Origin: Tolypothrix carrinoi HA7290-LM1 | GTDB taxonomy: Bacteria > Cyanobacteriota > Cyanobacteriia > Cyanobacteriales > Nostocaceae | NCBI GenBank assembly: GCA_019358935.1 | Contig: JAHHIK010000013.1 | Location: 38,007-102,006, forward strand | Length of the DNA stretch: 64,000 bases | Reading direction: 5' to 3' | Shown here: positions 10,807-20,329 of the stretch, piece by piece | Position numbering within the stretch: the first letter of the stretch is position 1 | Layout of the letters: every line of letters starts with the position of its first letter | Translations under genes and position numbers: made by a program | The notes under the pieces: model-generated | Seen by the model: the letters and a program-made list of their open reading frames with translations, nothing else | Told to the model about the DNA's origin: nothing | Database searches by the model: none

Positions 10807-12960
10807 ATGGAACTCCAGTCCCTAGTTCTTGCTTTAGAACCAACAAACCAAGTTCTCGGCAACGAACCAATTGTTCCCTTTGCCATTTTATTAGTGGTTA
10901 TCTTAGTTGTGCCGATTCTATTTGAGCGGCTAAGACTACCCGGATTAGTAGGTTTAGTTTTTTCGGGGGTAGTACTTGGTCCATCAGGTTGGAATGTATT
11001 CCAGCCTGATTCGCCAACTATCAATTTGCTATCAGATATCGGGTTAGTCTACTTGATGTTTATAGCGGGGTTAGAAGTTGACTTAGAACAATTCCGCCGT
11101 CAGAAAAGTCGTTCTTTTGGATTTGCTAGCTTCACCTTTTTTATCCCCCTAGCCTTCGGAACCTTAATCGGGCAGATTTTTGGTTTTAGCGGCAATGCTT
11201 CTCTCTTAATTGGCTCAATGTTTGCTTCCTACACTTTGTTGGCATATCCGCTTATCAATCGCTTGGGAATAGTCAAAAATCAAGCTGTCAGCGTCACCAT
11301 TGGAGCCACTATTTTTACTAACATCGGCGCACTGGTGGTGTTATCTCTGTGTATAGCCGTTCATGCTAAACAATTCAGCTATTGGGGGCTAATAACTTTA
11401 TTTAATTCCTTAATTATTTACTTAATCCTTGTATTAGTCGGCTTTGATTGGGCGGGGAAAGAATTTTTTCGGCGATCTGGAGACGATGAGGGAAACCAAT
11501 TTTTATTTGTATTGCTTTGCATATTTCTTGCCGCTGTCGGTGCTCAATTAATCGGAGTAGAAAAAATCGTTGGAGCCTTTTTAGCAGGTTTGGCGGTAAA
11601 TGGTGTCCTCGCTTCTGGACCAGTCAAAGAAAAGGTAATGTTCGTTGGTAGCGTGCTGTTCATTCCTATTTTCTTTGTTCACCTTGGCTCATTAATTAAT
11701 TTGCCAGCTGCCAACAACTTTAGCACGCTGAAGCTAACCCTATTTATTGTAATTGGTTTATTGTTGTGCAAATTTATCGCCGCTTTTTTAGCGAAACTAG
11801 TTTACCGCTATAACTGGCAAGAAATGTTAATGATGTGGTCGCTGAGTCTACCCCAAGTGGGTGCGACATTAGCGGCAACATTAGTGGGATATCGGGCGGA
11901 GTTGTTACCGATATGGGTATTAAATAGTGTTGTTAGCTTAATGCTGGTGACATCAACCGTAGGACCGTTGATTACCAATCGCCTTGCTGCTGGTTTGGCT
12001 TCATCATCTGTTGAGCAGCACGCAACTACAACACCGCCGTATCAAAATAAAGAGAAAAAGGCCAGTAATTTTACTATAGTCGTACCTATTTACAATCCGC
12101 AAACTCAGCAATATTTGATTGAAATGGCGGCATTATTAGCACGTCAGGAAAATGGCAAAATTATACCATTAGCGATCGCTACTGCGGCGGCTCACATGGA
12201 TGCGCCGCAGTTAGAAGTTTCTCTGCAACGCAGTGAACGCTTACTTTCCAAAGCCACCGCTCAAAGTCAAGTATTGAGCGTAGAAGCAGAACCATTACTG
12301 CGAATTGATGATGCTTTTGGTCAAGGTATCAGCAGAGCTGCTCGCGAACAAAAAGCTAATTTAATTGTTATGGGTTGGGGCAAACGGACTGGGCTGAGAG
12401 CGCGTTTATTTGGTAATGTGATTGACAGCGTTCTCTGGGCATCTCATTGTCCGGTAGCGGTGACACGTTTAGTAGAATCACCTCGAAAAATTCAGCGAAT
12501 TTTAGTGCCCGTAGAAAACCTGATAACACCATCATTGCACCCCGTTCAATTTGCGATCGCCTTAGCACAAGCAAATCAAGCGCAAGTTACCGTCTTGAAT
12601 GTATGCGATCGCCGCACTAGTTCCAGTAAAATCGCTTCTAGGCGATCGCAACTTGGCTTATTAGTATCTAAATTAGCTTTGCCCAATCCCCCAGAAGTTC
12701 AAATCATTGCCCATGAAAACGTTGCCCAAGCAATTTTGCAGGCAGCGCGATTATATGATTTAGTAGTGTTACCTTTTATACGCAATCGCACAAGTCCCGG
12801 TGGATTAGCCATTAGTGATGTCACTACCCAGTTAGCCAGACAACTCACCTGCTCTATCGTCATGCTTGGCGAACCAGAACGCAATCCCACAGCAGCTTTG
12901 CCTACAGCAGTTTCCAATACTACAGCGGTAATTGGTAACGCGGTAATTGGTAATGGGTAA
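10807..12960 (+). CDS. Cation/H+ antiporter (CPA2) with C-terminal universal stress protein domains
   Basis: Multi-TM N-half (LMFIAGLEVDL, IVGAFLAGL); ANLIVMG...FGNVIDSVLWASHCPV USP motif. Confidence 0.85.
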   Translation: MELQSLVLALEPTNQVLGNEPIVPFAILLVVILVVPILFERLRLPGLVGLVFSGVVLGPSGWNVFQPDSPTINLLSDIGLVYLMFIAGLEVDLEQFRRQKSRSFGFASFTFFIPLAFGTLIGQIFGFSGNASLLIGSMFASYTLLAYPLINRLGIVKNQAVSVTIGATIFTNIGALVVLSLCIAVHAKQFSYWGLITLFNSLIIYLILVLVGFDWAGKEFFRRSGDDEGNQFLFVLLCIFLAAVGAQLIGVEKIVGAFLAGLAVNGVLASGPVKEKVMFVGSVLFIPIFFVHLGSLINLPAANNFSTLKLTLFIVIGLLLCKFIAAFLAKLVYRYNWQEMLMMWSLSLPQVGATLAATLVGYRAELLPIWVLNSVVSLMLVTSTVGPLITNRLAAGLASSSVEQHATTTPPYQNKEKKASNFTIVVPIYNPQTQQYLIEMAALLARQENGKIIPLAIATAAAHMDAPQLEVSLQRSERLLSKATAQSQVLSVEAEPLLRIDDAFGQGISRAAREQKANLIVMGWGKRTGLRARLFGNVIDSVLWASHCPVAVTRLVESPRKIQRILVPVENLITPSLHPVQFAIALAQANQAQVTVLNVCDRRTSSSKIASRRSQLGLLVSKLALPNPPEVQIIAHENVAQAILQAARLYDLVVLPFIRNRTSPGGLAISDVTTQLARQLTCSIVMLGEPERNPTAALPTAVSNTTAVIGNAVIGNG

Positions 12961-13297
12961 TTGGTAATTGGTAATTGGAGGAGCAAATTCCCCCTTGTTC
13001 CCCATTGCCCATTGCCCATTGCCCATTGCCCATTGCCCCATTCCCTGTTTCAAAACTTTATATTTTTAAAGATTTTGTAAAGTATTGCGGAAAAGCCCAG
13101 ATTACGCTATCAATGTTTGTTATTTTGCTAAGTGAATTGTGAAGTAATCAACTGCTTGATTGCATCTAGAAGTAAATCGCAAAAGAAAAATACCTTTTTA
13201 ATTACCCGTGGAAGTGCTCAATTTTTGTTATCAGGCTGGGTACTCTAAAAACAGGCGCGATTGCACTTTGCAAAAATATGTAAGTAACTGGTAAATT

Positions 13298-14254
13298 ATG
13301 AGAATTTTGGTGACAGGCGGTGCTGGGTTCCTTGGTTCCCATCTAATCGACAGACTAATGGCTGATGGGCATGAAGTTATCTGTTTGGATAACTTCTATA
13401 CAGGTAACAAAAATAACATCCTCCAATGGATGAATCATCCATACTTTGAACTCATCCGCCACGACATCACCGAACCAATTCGGTTAGAAGTGGATCAAAT
13501 TTATCATCTGGCTTGTCCTGCTTCCCCAGTACATTACCAGTACAATCCAGTCAAAACAGTCAAAACCAACGTTATCGGCACGTTGAATATGCTGGGGTTG
13601 GCTAAACGTGTCAAAGCACGATTTTTCTTAGCTTCAACAAGCGAAGTGTACGGAGATCCAGAAGTTCATCCGCAAACTGAAGAATATAGAGGTAGCGTCA
13701 ATCCCATCGGGCTGCGTTCATGTTACGACGAAGGCAAACGAATTGCGGAAACTTTGGCATTTGACTACTACAGACAAAATAAAGTTGATATTCGGGTTGT
13801 CCGTATTTTCAACACCTATGGTCCTCGGATGTTAGAAAATGATGGTCGGGTAGTAAGTAACTTTATCGTTCAAGCTTTACGGGGCGAACCTTTGACAATA
13901 TATGGGGATGGTTCGCAAACCCGTAGTTTCTGCTACGTTTCCGACTTGATCGAAGGATTTTTACGGTTGATGAAGAGTGACTACGTAGGTCCAGTAAATA
14001 TAGGCAATCCTGGTGAATATACTATCTTAGAATTAGCCCAAGCCGTGCAAACCCTGATAAATCCGGATGCAGAAATAAAATTTGAGCCTTTGCCTTCTGA
14101 CGATCCGCGTCGCCGGCGTCCCGATATTACCAAAGCAAAAACTTTGTTAAATTGGGAACCTACCGTTCCTCTTCAAGAGGGGTTAAAACTGACTGTAGAA
14201 GATTTCCGCGATCGCATCAAAGGTAACCAACAATCAATAGTCAACAGTCAATAG
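13298..14254 (+). CDS. UDP-glucuronate decarboxylase (UDP-xylose synthase family SDR)
   Basis: [37 protein letters not shown]. Confidence 0.9.
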   Translation: MRILVTGGAGFLGSHLIDRLMADGHEVICLDNFYTGNKNNILQWMNHPYFELIRHDITEPIRLEVDQIYHLACPASPVHYQYNPVKTVKTNVIGTLNMLGLAKRVKARFFLASTSEVYGDPEVHPQTEEYRGSVNPIGLRSCYDEGKRIAETLAFDYYRQNKVDIRVVRIFNTYGPRMLENDGRVVSNFIVQALRGEPLTIYGDGSQTRSFCYVSDLIEGFLRLMKSDYVGPVNIGNPGEYTILELAQAVQTLINPDAEIKFEPLPSDDPRRRRPDITKAKTLLNWEPTVPLQEGLKLTVEDFRDRIKGNQQSIVNSQ

Positions 14255-14351
14255 TCAAAAAACTATTAATTATGGACTCTGGACTACAAACCTTTGACAG
14301 CTGAAAACTTCTCTTTGACGACTAACCCCAAAAAAGTAAGGAACTAACAAA

Positions 14352-15743
14352 ATGCGTGTTTGTGTAATTGGTACTGGCTACGTTGGTTTGGTGACAGGCG
14401 CTTGCTTGGCTCATATTGGACATAGTGTAATTTGTGTAGACAACAACGAAGAAAAAGTCAAGTTAATGAAGTCTGGACAGTCGCCAATTTTCGAGCCGGG
14501 ACTCTCGGAAATTATGCAGTCTGCCATTCAATCGGGTAATATTGAGTTCACAACTGACATCAGTGCAGGCGTTTCTCACGGGGAAATTTTGTTTATTGCT
14601 GTGGGAACACCACCCTTACCCACTGGTGAAAGTGATACCCGTTACGTTGAGGCTGTAGCCCGTGGTATTGGCGCAAATCTTGACGGTGGTTATAAGGTCA
14701 TTGTCAACAAATCTACAGTGCCTATTGGCTCAGGTGACTGGGTGCGGATGCTTGTTATGGATGGTATCGCTGAACGCCAAAAAACATTAGTTACCGCAGG
14801 TGGGGCTGCAATTGAAGAGAAATTGCCTGAGTATGCATCTCAGTTTGATGTAGTCAGCAATCCAGAGTTTTTGCGCGAAGGTTCGGCAGTGTACGACACC
14901 TTTAACCCCGATCGCATTGTCTTGGGTGGTAACTCTCCAAGAGCGATCGGCATGATGAAAGAATTGTATGCCCCAATTGTCGAGCGCAACTTTGCTGAGG
15001 ATAAATCTTTACCTCAAGTGCCAGTATTGGCTACAGATTTAAGCTCGGCAGAAATGATTAAATATGCTGCTAACGCTTTTCTGGCAACCAAGATTAGTTT
15101 TATTAACGAAGTTGCGAATATTTGCGATCGCGTTGGTGCTGATATTACCCAAGTAGCAAAAGGTATCGGTTTAGATTCTCGGATTGGTAACAAATTCTTG
15201 CAAGCTGGTATCGGCTGGGGTGGTTCTTGCTTCCCGAAAGATGTTTCTGCCCTGGTTCATACTGCTGATGACTACGGCTATGAAGCTCAACTGCTGAAAG
15301 CTGCCGTCAGCGTCAACGAACGTCAGCGCTTGATTGCTCTAGAAAAACTCCAACAAGCCCTGAAAATCCTCAAAGGCAAAACCGTCGGATTACTCGGTTT
15401 AACCTTTAAGCCCGATACCGACGATTTGCGCGACGCTCCCGCACTCAATTTGATTGAGCAGTTGAACCGACTCGGAGCCAAAGTTAAAGCATACGATCCA
15501 ATTATTTCTCAAACCGGAATGCGTCATGGTCTTTCTGGCGTGTTGGTCGAAACCGACGCGGAACGGCTTGCTGATGGTTGTGATGCTTTAGTATTGGTGA
15601 CTGAATGGCAACAATTCAGCAATCTCGACTACGCGAAAATGGCTAAGTTGATGTGCCACGCGGTAATGATTGACGGTCGTAACTTCCTCGATCCGGAAAA
15701 AATGGTACGGGCTGGGTTCCAATATATAGGCGTTGGACGCTAA
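14352..15743 (+). CDS. ugd: UDP-glucose 6-dehydrogenase
   Basis: GTGYVG, KSTVP, NPEFLREG, GGSCFPKD. Confidence 0.93.
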   Translation: MRVCVIGTGYVGLVTGACLAHIGHSVICVDNNEEKVKLMKSGQSPIFEPGLSEIMQSAIQSGNIEFTTDISAGVSHGEILFIAVGTPPLPTGESDTRYVEAVARGIGANLDGGYKVIVNKSTVPIGSGDWVRMLVMDGIAERQKTLVTAGGAAIEEKLPEYASQFDVVSNPEFLREGSAVYDTFNPDRIVLGGNSPRAIGMMKELYAPIVERNFAEDKSLPQVPVLATDLSSAEMIKYAANAFLATKISFINEVANICDRVGADITQVAKGIGLDSRIGNKFLQAGIGWGGSCFPKDVSALVHTADDYGYEAQLLKAAVSVNERQRLIALEKLQQALKILKGKTVGLLGLTFKPDTDDLRDAPALNLIEQLNRLGAKVKAYDPIISQTGMRHGLSGVLVETDAERLADGCDALVLVTEWQQFSNLDYAKMAKLMCHAVMIDGRNFLDPEKMVRAGFQYIGVGR

Positions 15744-15805
15744 ATCGATTTTAGCTAAATTCGGCATTCATCCATTTCTCCCTAGGCTGAATCTATTGTG
15801 AAGTT

Positions 15806-15836
15806 AATCCCCCGCTTAAAAAACGGGGGATTTTGT
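15806..15836 (+). terminator. Rho-independent terminator after ugd
   Basis: AATCCCCCG / CGGGGGATT stem followed by T run. Confidence 0.75.
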
Positions 15837-16291
15837 ATTGTTGGTTATCTTTAATACTTTTTATCTTAAGTCCGGCAAATCATACATATTGTAGAGACGT
15901 TTTGGACTGAACGTCTATGCGTGACGGTTGCGGCGTTTTGAAGGAGCGGAAATATTTAATACAAATATAAGAATATCTACTCCTATTTACATATATCTTC
16001 AGATTGATGAATATGTGAAAAACTTTAGTAACTTAGGTTACTAAATGTCTTTAACAAATCAAAATAATAATGCTGCTCGTTACAGAAGACAAAGAATACC
16101 CCTACAGCAAATCATGGGATCGAGTCTTTATTTGCACAGGTTACGCATTCGTAGCGAGAATTATCCGGCAAGTTGCAATTAAAGGCGAAAATCTTCTTTA
16201 TTTAAAATGCAGTGGTGTTTATTAACAGTTGCAAGTCCAAGAATTAGCAATAAATAATTTTTAACAACTAACTTATGAAAAATTGGTCTGT

Positions 16292-17230
16292 ATGAACTCT
16301 AAACCAACTGTACTCATTGCTGGTATCACGGGTATCCTTGGTAGCAAAATCGCTTTAACGATACTAGAAAAAGGCGTAATGAACGTTAAAGGATTGATTC
16401 GCTCTCATAATATCAGCGACAAAAAGCAACAGCAGTTAGATGACTTAAAGGCGAAAGGAGTTGTTTTTGTTGAAGGTGATTTATTTGACCAACAAAGTCT
16501 GACTGAAGCTTGCCGGGAAGTTGAAATAATTGTCTCCGCAATCAAAGGCAGTAGCAGCCACCAAACCAACTTGTATCGTGAAGATATCGTGCTTTCCGGG
16601 CAGTTAAATCTCTTGGAAGCTGCGATAAATAATAATGTGAAAAAATTTGTCCCTTCCGATTATTCAGTGGATTACTTCAAACTGGATTTGGGCGATAACT
16701 ACAATCTCGACTTTCGCATCAAATTTGCCGAGCTTTTGAAACAGTCAGGACTTGAATATACTTTTATTCTCAACGGTGCTTTTATCGAAGTTCAATTATC
16801 ACCCTTTGCCAAGTTATTTGATTTTGAGGTGGGTACGTTTAGCTACTGGGGTGATGGTGAGCAATTATGTGATTTTACTACATACGATGATACGGCGAAA
16901 TATATTGCCGAGGCGATCGCCGATCCGCAAATGGTCAATTCAGCGCTGAAAGTTGCGGGTGATGTCCTCACCATGAAACAATTACTCGCCACCTTTGAAG
17001 AAGTAAAAGGTAAAAAACTGGTTGAAAAACGCTTAGGTAGTGTGGACGATTTAAAAGCCTGGATTGCTAAAACAAAACAAAAAGCCTTCTGCCCACTTGA
17101 ATACATTCCCGAACAGTATCACTACACGATGGTATCGGGCAAAGGCAAACTCGATCAACTTGATAACCCTCGTTATCCCCACATCAAACCGACAACAGTC
17201 AAACAGTTTATTAGCCAAGGAAATTTTTAG
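16292..17230 (+). CDS. NmrA/isoflavone reductase-like NAD(P)-binding protein
   Basis: AGITGILG, KKFVPSDY, YWGDG...DFTTYDDTAK. Confidence 0.8.
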   Translation: MNSKPTVLIAGITGILGSKIALTILEKGVMNVKGLIRSHNISDKKQQQLDDLKAKGVVFVEGDLFDQQSLTEACREVEIIVSAIKGSSSHQTNLYREDIVLSGQLNLLEAAINNNVKKFVPSDYSVDYFKLDLGDNYNLDFRIKFAELLKQSGLEYTFILNGAFIEVQLSPFAKLFDFEVGTFSYWGDGEQLCDFTTYDDTAKYIAEAIADPQMVNSALKVAGDVLTMKQLLATFEEVKGKKLVEKRLGSVDDLKAWIAKTKQKAFCPLEYIPEQYHYTMVSGKGKLDQLDNPRYPHIKPTTVKQFISQGNF

Positions 17231-17232
17231 AT

Positions 17233-17967
17233 ATGACTTCTCTATCTGGTAAAGTCGCAATTGTCACAGGTTCATCACGCGGTATTGGACGTGCCATTGC
17301 GGAACGCTTGGGACGTGATGGTGCAAATGTGGTTGTTACCTACGCCGGCAACAAAGACAAAGCAGAAGAAGTGGTTTCCGCAATTAAGGCTAATCAAACG
17401 GATGCGATCGCTATCCAAGTTGACATGCGAAAAATTGAAGATGTCCGCAATCTCTTTCTTCATACACTTGACTATTTTGGCAAGCTGGATATTCTCGTCA
17501 ACAACGCCGCCGGCAAGAACATTTTTAAACCTACTGCCGAAATGACCGAAGACGAGTATAACTCGATGTTCGACATCAGCAGAGGAGTTTACTTTTCCCT
17601 GCAACAAGCAGCACACCACATGGCAGATAACGGCAGAATTGTCAACATTTCTTCCGCTGGTACATCACAAAGCATCGCCACAGGCGGTGCTTATGCTGGT
17701 TGCAAAGCTGCGATTGAGCAATTTAGTATGGGGCTGGCAAAAGAATTAGGGACACGCCAGATTACAGTTAATACCGTTGCCCCTGGAGTCACCGATACCG
17801 ATGGGTTGGTATTGGAACAAGAGCAAGTCAATCAAATGATTGCTCAAACGCCACTTGGTCGCCTCGGTCGTCCGGATGATATCGCCAGTGTTGTTTCTCT
17901 GCTGGTATCTGATGATGCCGGGTGGGTAACTGGTCAAAATATCCGCGCTACAGGCGGAATTGTCTAG
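17233..17967 (+). CDS. Short-chain dehydrogenase/reductase
   Basis: TGSSRGIG, NNAA, YAGCK catalytic motif. Confidence 0.9.
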   Translation: MTSLSGKVAIVTGSSRGIGRAIAERLGRDGANVVVTYAGNKDKAEEVVSAIKANQTDAIAIQVDMRKIEDVRNLFLHTLDYFGKLDILVNNAAGKNIFKPTAEMTEDEYNSMFDISRGVYFSLQQAAHHMADNGRIVNISSAGTSQSIATGGAYAGCKAAIEQFSMGLAKELGTRQITVNTVAPGVTDTDGLVLEQEQVNQMIAQTPLGRLGRPDDIASVVSLLVSDDAGWVTGQNIRATGGIV

Positions 17968-18099
17968 ACCAACAGTAGCAGCAATTACAAAAAACCTTGC
18001 TATTTCCTCCCAGCGGTAGAGAGTGTAAATCTACCTAAGACATACGCTAGAGGATGTTTGACGTTTTTTTGTCAATTTATCACAAATAGCATCAAAATT

Positions 18100-18513
18100 A
18101 TGCCTGATATTGTTGATACTGCCATGAGTGCGGGGACTTTCTCCACCTTAGTAGCGGCAGTTACGGCTGCTGGTCTTGCAGACACACTCAAGAGTCCTGG
18201 TCCATTCACTGTTTTCGCGCCAAATGATGACGCTTTTTCTAAGTTGCCATCAGGAACAGTCGAAGCGCTACTTCAAGATATCCTTACCCTGAGAAAAATT
18301 CTAGAATATCATGTGGTATCTGGCAAAGTCACGGCGGCTGATGTCGTTAAACTCAGTCAAGCGACGACGGTTGAAGGTTCAGATGTCAAAATTGATGCCT
18401 CTAATGGTGTCAAGGTGAATGATGCCACAGTCGTTCAGCCTGATATCGAAACTGAAAACGGAGTTATCCATGTAATTGACAGCGTACTCTTGCCTGCATC
18501 AGTCAGCCTTTAG
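18100..18513 (+). CDS. Fasciclin (FAS1) domain protein
   Basis: [31 protein letters not shown]. Confidence 0.92.
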   Translation: MPDIVDTAMSAGTFSTLVAAVTAAGLADTLKSPGPFTVFAPNDDAFSKLPSGTVEALLQDILTLRKILEYHVVSGKVTAADVVKLSQATTVEGSDVKIDASNGVKVNDATVVQPDIETENGVIHVIDSVLLPASVSL

Positions 18514-18529
18514 AGTTTTTGTGAGGTTT

Positions 18530-18576
18530 GTAGTAAGCACTGAAGTGCTTTATTTAAGCGCTGAAGCGCTTACTAC
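18530..18576. repeat. GTAG-type REP-like double palindrome (near-copy at 44794-44842)
   Basis: GTAGTAAGCACT..AGTGCTT / AAGCGCT..AGCGCTTACTAC. Confidence 0.7.
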
Positions 18577-18601
18577 GTTCGTTTTTAAAGAAATTAATCA
18601 T

Positions 18602-20033
18602 CTAACACCCCCAGGAGACTCCCGCCACAACGAAGTTTGGCGGTGAGAGGAATGGGGATTCGCTGTGAGTTTCGCCCCTGAGCCAAATTGCCGCAAAGCG
18701 ACAACAGGCTCAGGGGCGGTTGACTCGTGAGTAATTAGACTTTGGTACATAGCGATATTTATGTGTTTCACAGATTTTGTGATAAAATGTGAAGCATGGA
18801 AAAAGCCTACCGCTACCGTTTTTACCCAACCACCGAGCAAGAACAAATATTGCGACGGACAATTGGTTGTGTGCGGTTGGTTTTTAACCGAGCATTGGCA
18901 GCAAGAACCGAGGCTTGGTACGAGAGGCAAGAACGAGTAGACTATGTTCAAACCTCTGCAATGTTGACGCAGTGGAAAAAGCTCGAAGACCTCCAGTTTT
19001 TGAATGAGGTTAGCTGTGTACCACTGCAACAAGGTTTGAGACATCTGCAAACTGCATTCACTAACTTCTTTGCGCTTAGAGCGAAATACCCTAACTTCAA
19101 GAAAAAGCGTAATGGTGGTAGTGCAGAGTTTACTAAGTCCGCATTCAGATGGAAAGACGGACAAGTATATCTGGCAAAGTGTTCTGAACCATTGAACGTT
19201 AAATGGTCGAGGCATCTGCCGAGGGGGTGTGTACCAACAACTATCACAGTTAAACTTGAACCGTCTGGACGCTGGTTTGTCAGCCTGCGGATTGATGATC
19301 CAAGTGACGAGAAACTCCAACCAGTTGACAAGTCTGTGGGGCTGGATGTTGGAATCACAAGTCTTGTTACCTTGAGTACAGGTGAGAAGATTGCTAACCC
19401 CAAAGGTTTTGATAAGCACTACCACAAACTTAGGAAAGCGCAAAAAACTCTTAGCCGTCGTCAAAAGGACTCTCGAAACCGAGACAAAGCAAGACTTAAA
19501 GTTGCTCGAATTCAAGCCAAAATTTCTGATTCTCGAAAAGACCATTTGCATAAGCTGACAACTCGACTGGTGCGTGAAAACCAAACGATAGTAGTTGAGG
19601 ACTTGGCGGTTAAAAACATGGTCAAAAATCCTAAACTTGCCCGTGCCATTAGCGATGCCAGTTGGGGTGAGTTCGTAAGGCAGTTGGAATACAAAACCAA
19701 GTGGTATGGTCGAACCCTGGTAAAAATTGACCGATGGTTTCCCAGTTCTAAGCGCTGTGGAAACTGTGGTCACATTCTTGAGCGCTTGCCGTTGAATATC
19801 AGGGAGTGGGATTGCCCCAATTGCGGAACGCACCATGACCGCGATATCAACGCGGCTAAAAACATTTTGGCGGTGGGACACACCGTTACAGTCTGTGGAG
19901 CGAACGTAAGACCTGATAGGCATAAGTCTAAAGGGCAGTTGCGAAAAACCCGTGAGGGAAAGAAACAGAAACCCAAATCGTGAGTTTTGGGAATCTCCCG
20001 CTACACCATCAGGTTAGCGGGAGAGGATGTCAA
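18602..20033 (+). mobile_element. IS200/IS605-family non-autonomous element (IS1341-type, tnpB only)
   Basis: Subterminal hairpins at 18619-18647 and 19995-20023; right end GAAT...TCAA; left target TCAT at 18598-18601; no tnpA. Confidence 0.8.
18796..19983 (+). CDS. tnpB: RNA-guided endonuclease TnpB
   Basis: AYRYRFYPT N-terminus; RuvC motifs GLDVG, VVEDL, DRDINAA; Zn finger CGNC/CPNC. Confidence 0.95.
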   Translation: MEKAYRYRFYPTTEQEQILRRTIGCVRLVFNRALAARTEAWYERQERVDYVQTSAMLTQWKKLEDLQFLNEVSCVPLQQGLRHLQTAFTNFFALRAKYPNFKKKRNGGSAEFTKSAFRWKDGQVYLAKCSEPLNVKWSRHLPRGCVPTTITVKLEPSGRWFVSLRIDDPSDEKLQPVDKSVGLDVGITSLVTLSTGEKIANPKGFDKHYHKLRKAQKTLSRRQKDSRNRDKARLKVARIQAKISDSRKDHLHKLTTRLVRENQTIVVEDLAVKNMVKNPKLARAISDASWGEFVRQLEYKTKWYGRTLVKIDRWFPSSKRCGNCGHILERLPLNIREWDCPNCGTHHDRDINAAKNILAVGHTVTVCGANVRPDRHKSKGQLRKTREGKKQKPKS

Positions 20034-20053
20034 TGGCAGTAATACTCGCCGAT
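19850..20053 (+). ncRNA. Putative TnpB omegaRNA (reRNA) with guide from the right flank; 5' boundary uncertain
   Basis: By analogy with characterised TnpB systems: scaffold overlaps the tnpB 3' end and right end; guide starts after TCAA (TGGCAGTAATACTCGCCGAT). Confidence 0.55.
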
Positions 20054-20259
20054 CGCGTTCAGAACATGAAACTTCGCGTTCAGAACATGAAACTTCGAGT
20101 TCTGAACCTGAAACTTGAGCTTCTGAACATGAAACTTCGAGTTCAGAACACCAAACTTGAGCTTCTGAACCTGAAACTTGAGCTTCTGAACATGAAACTT
20201 CGAGTTCCGAACCTGAAACTTCGAGTTCTGAACCTGAAACTTCGAGTTCTAATACTCGC
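20040..20259. repeat. 21-bp tandem repeat array (~9-10 units, GTTCWGAACMTGAAACTTSRR)
   Basis: Visible periodicity; TAATACTCGC at 20040 and at 20250. Confidence 0.9.
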
Positions 20260-20329
20260 GCAAGATACAAAAACACTCAACGATGAAGCAAACTTGGAGA
20301 AACAAAAGCAATTATTCGCCACTTAATCG

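Noticed and set aside
18598..19923. 441-aa minus-strand ORF
   Set aside because: Antisense shadow of tnpB with no recognisable motifs.
20040..20259. CRISPR-like or guide array serving TnpB
   Set aside because: No variable spacers; the array lies outside the IS right end.
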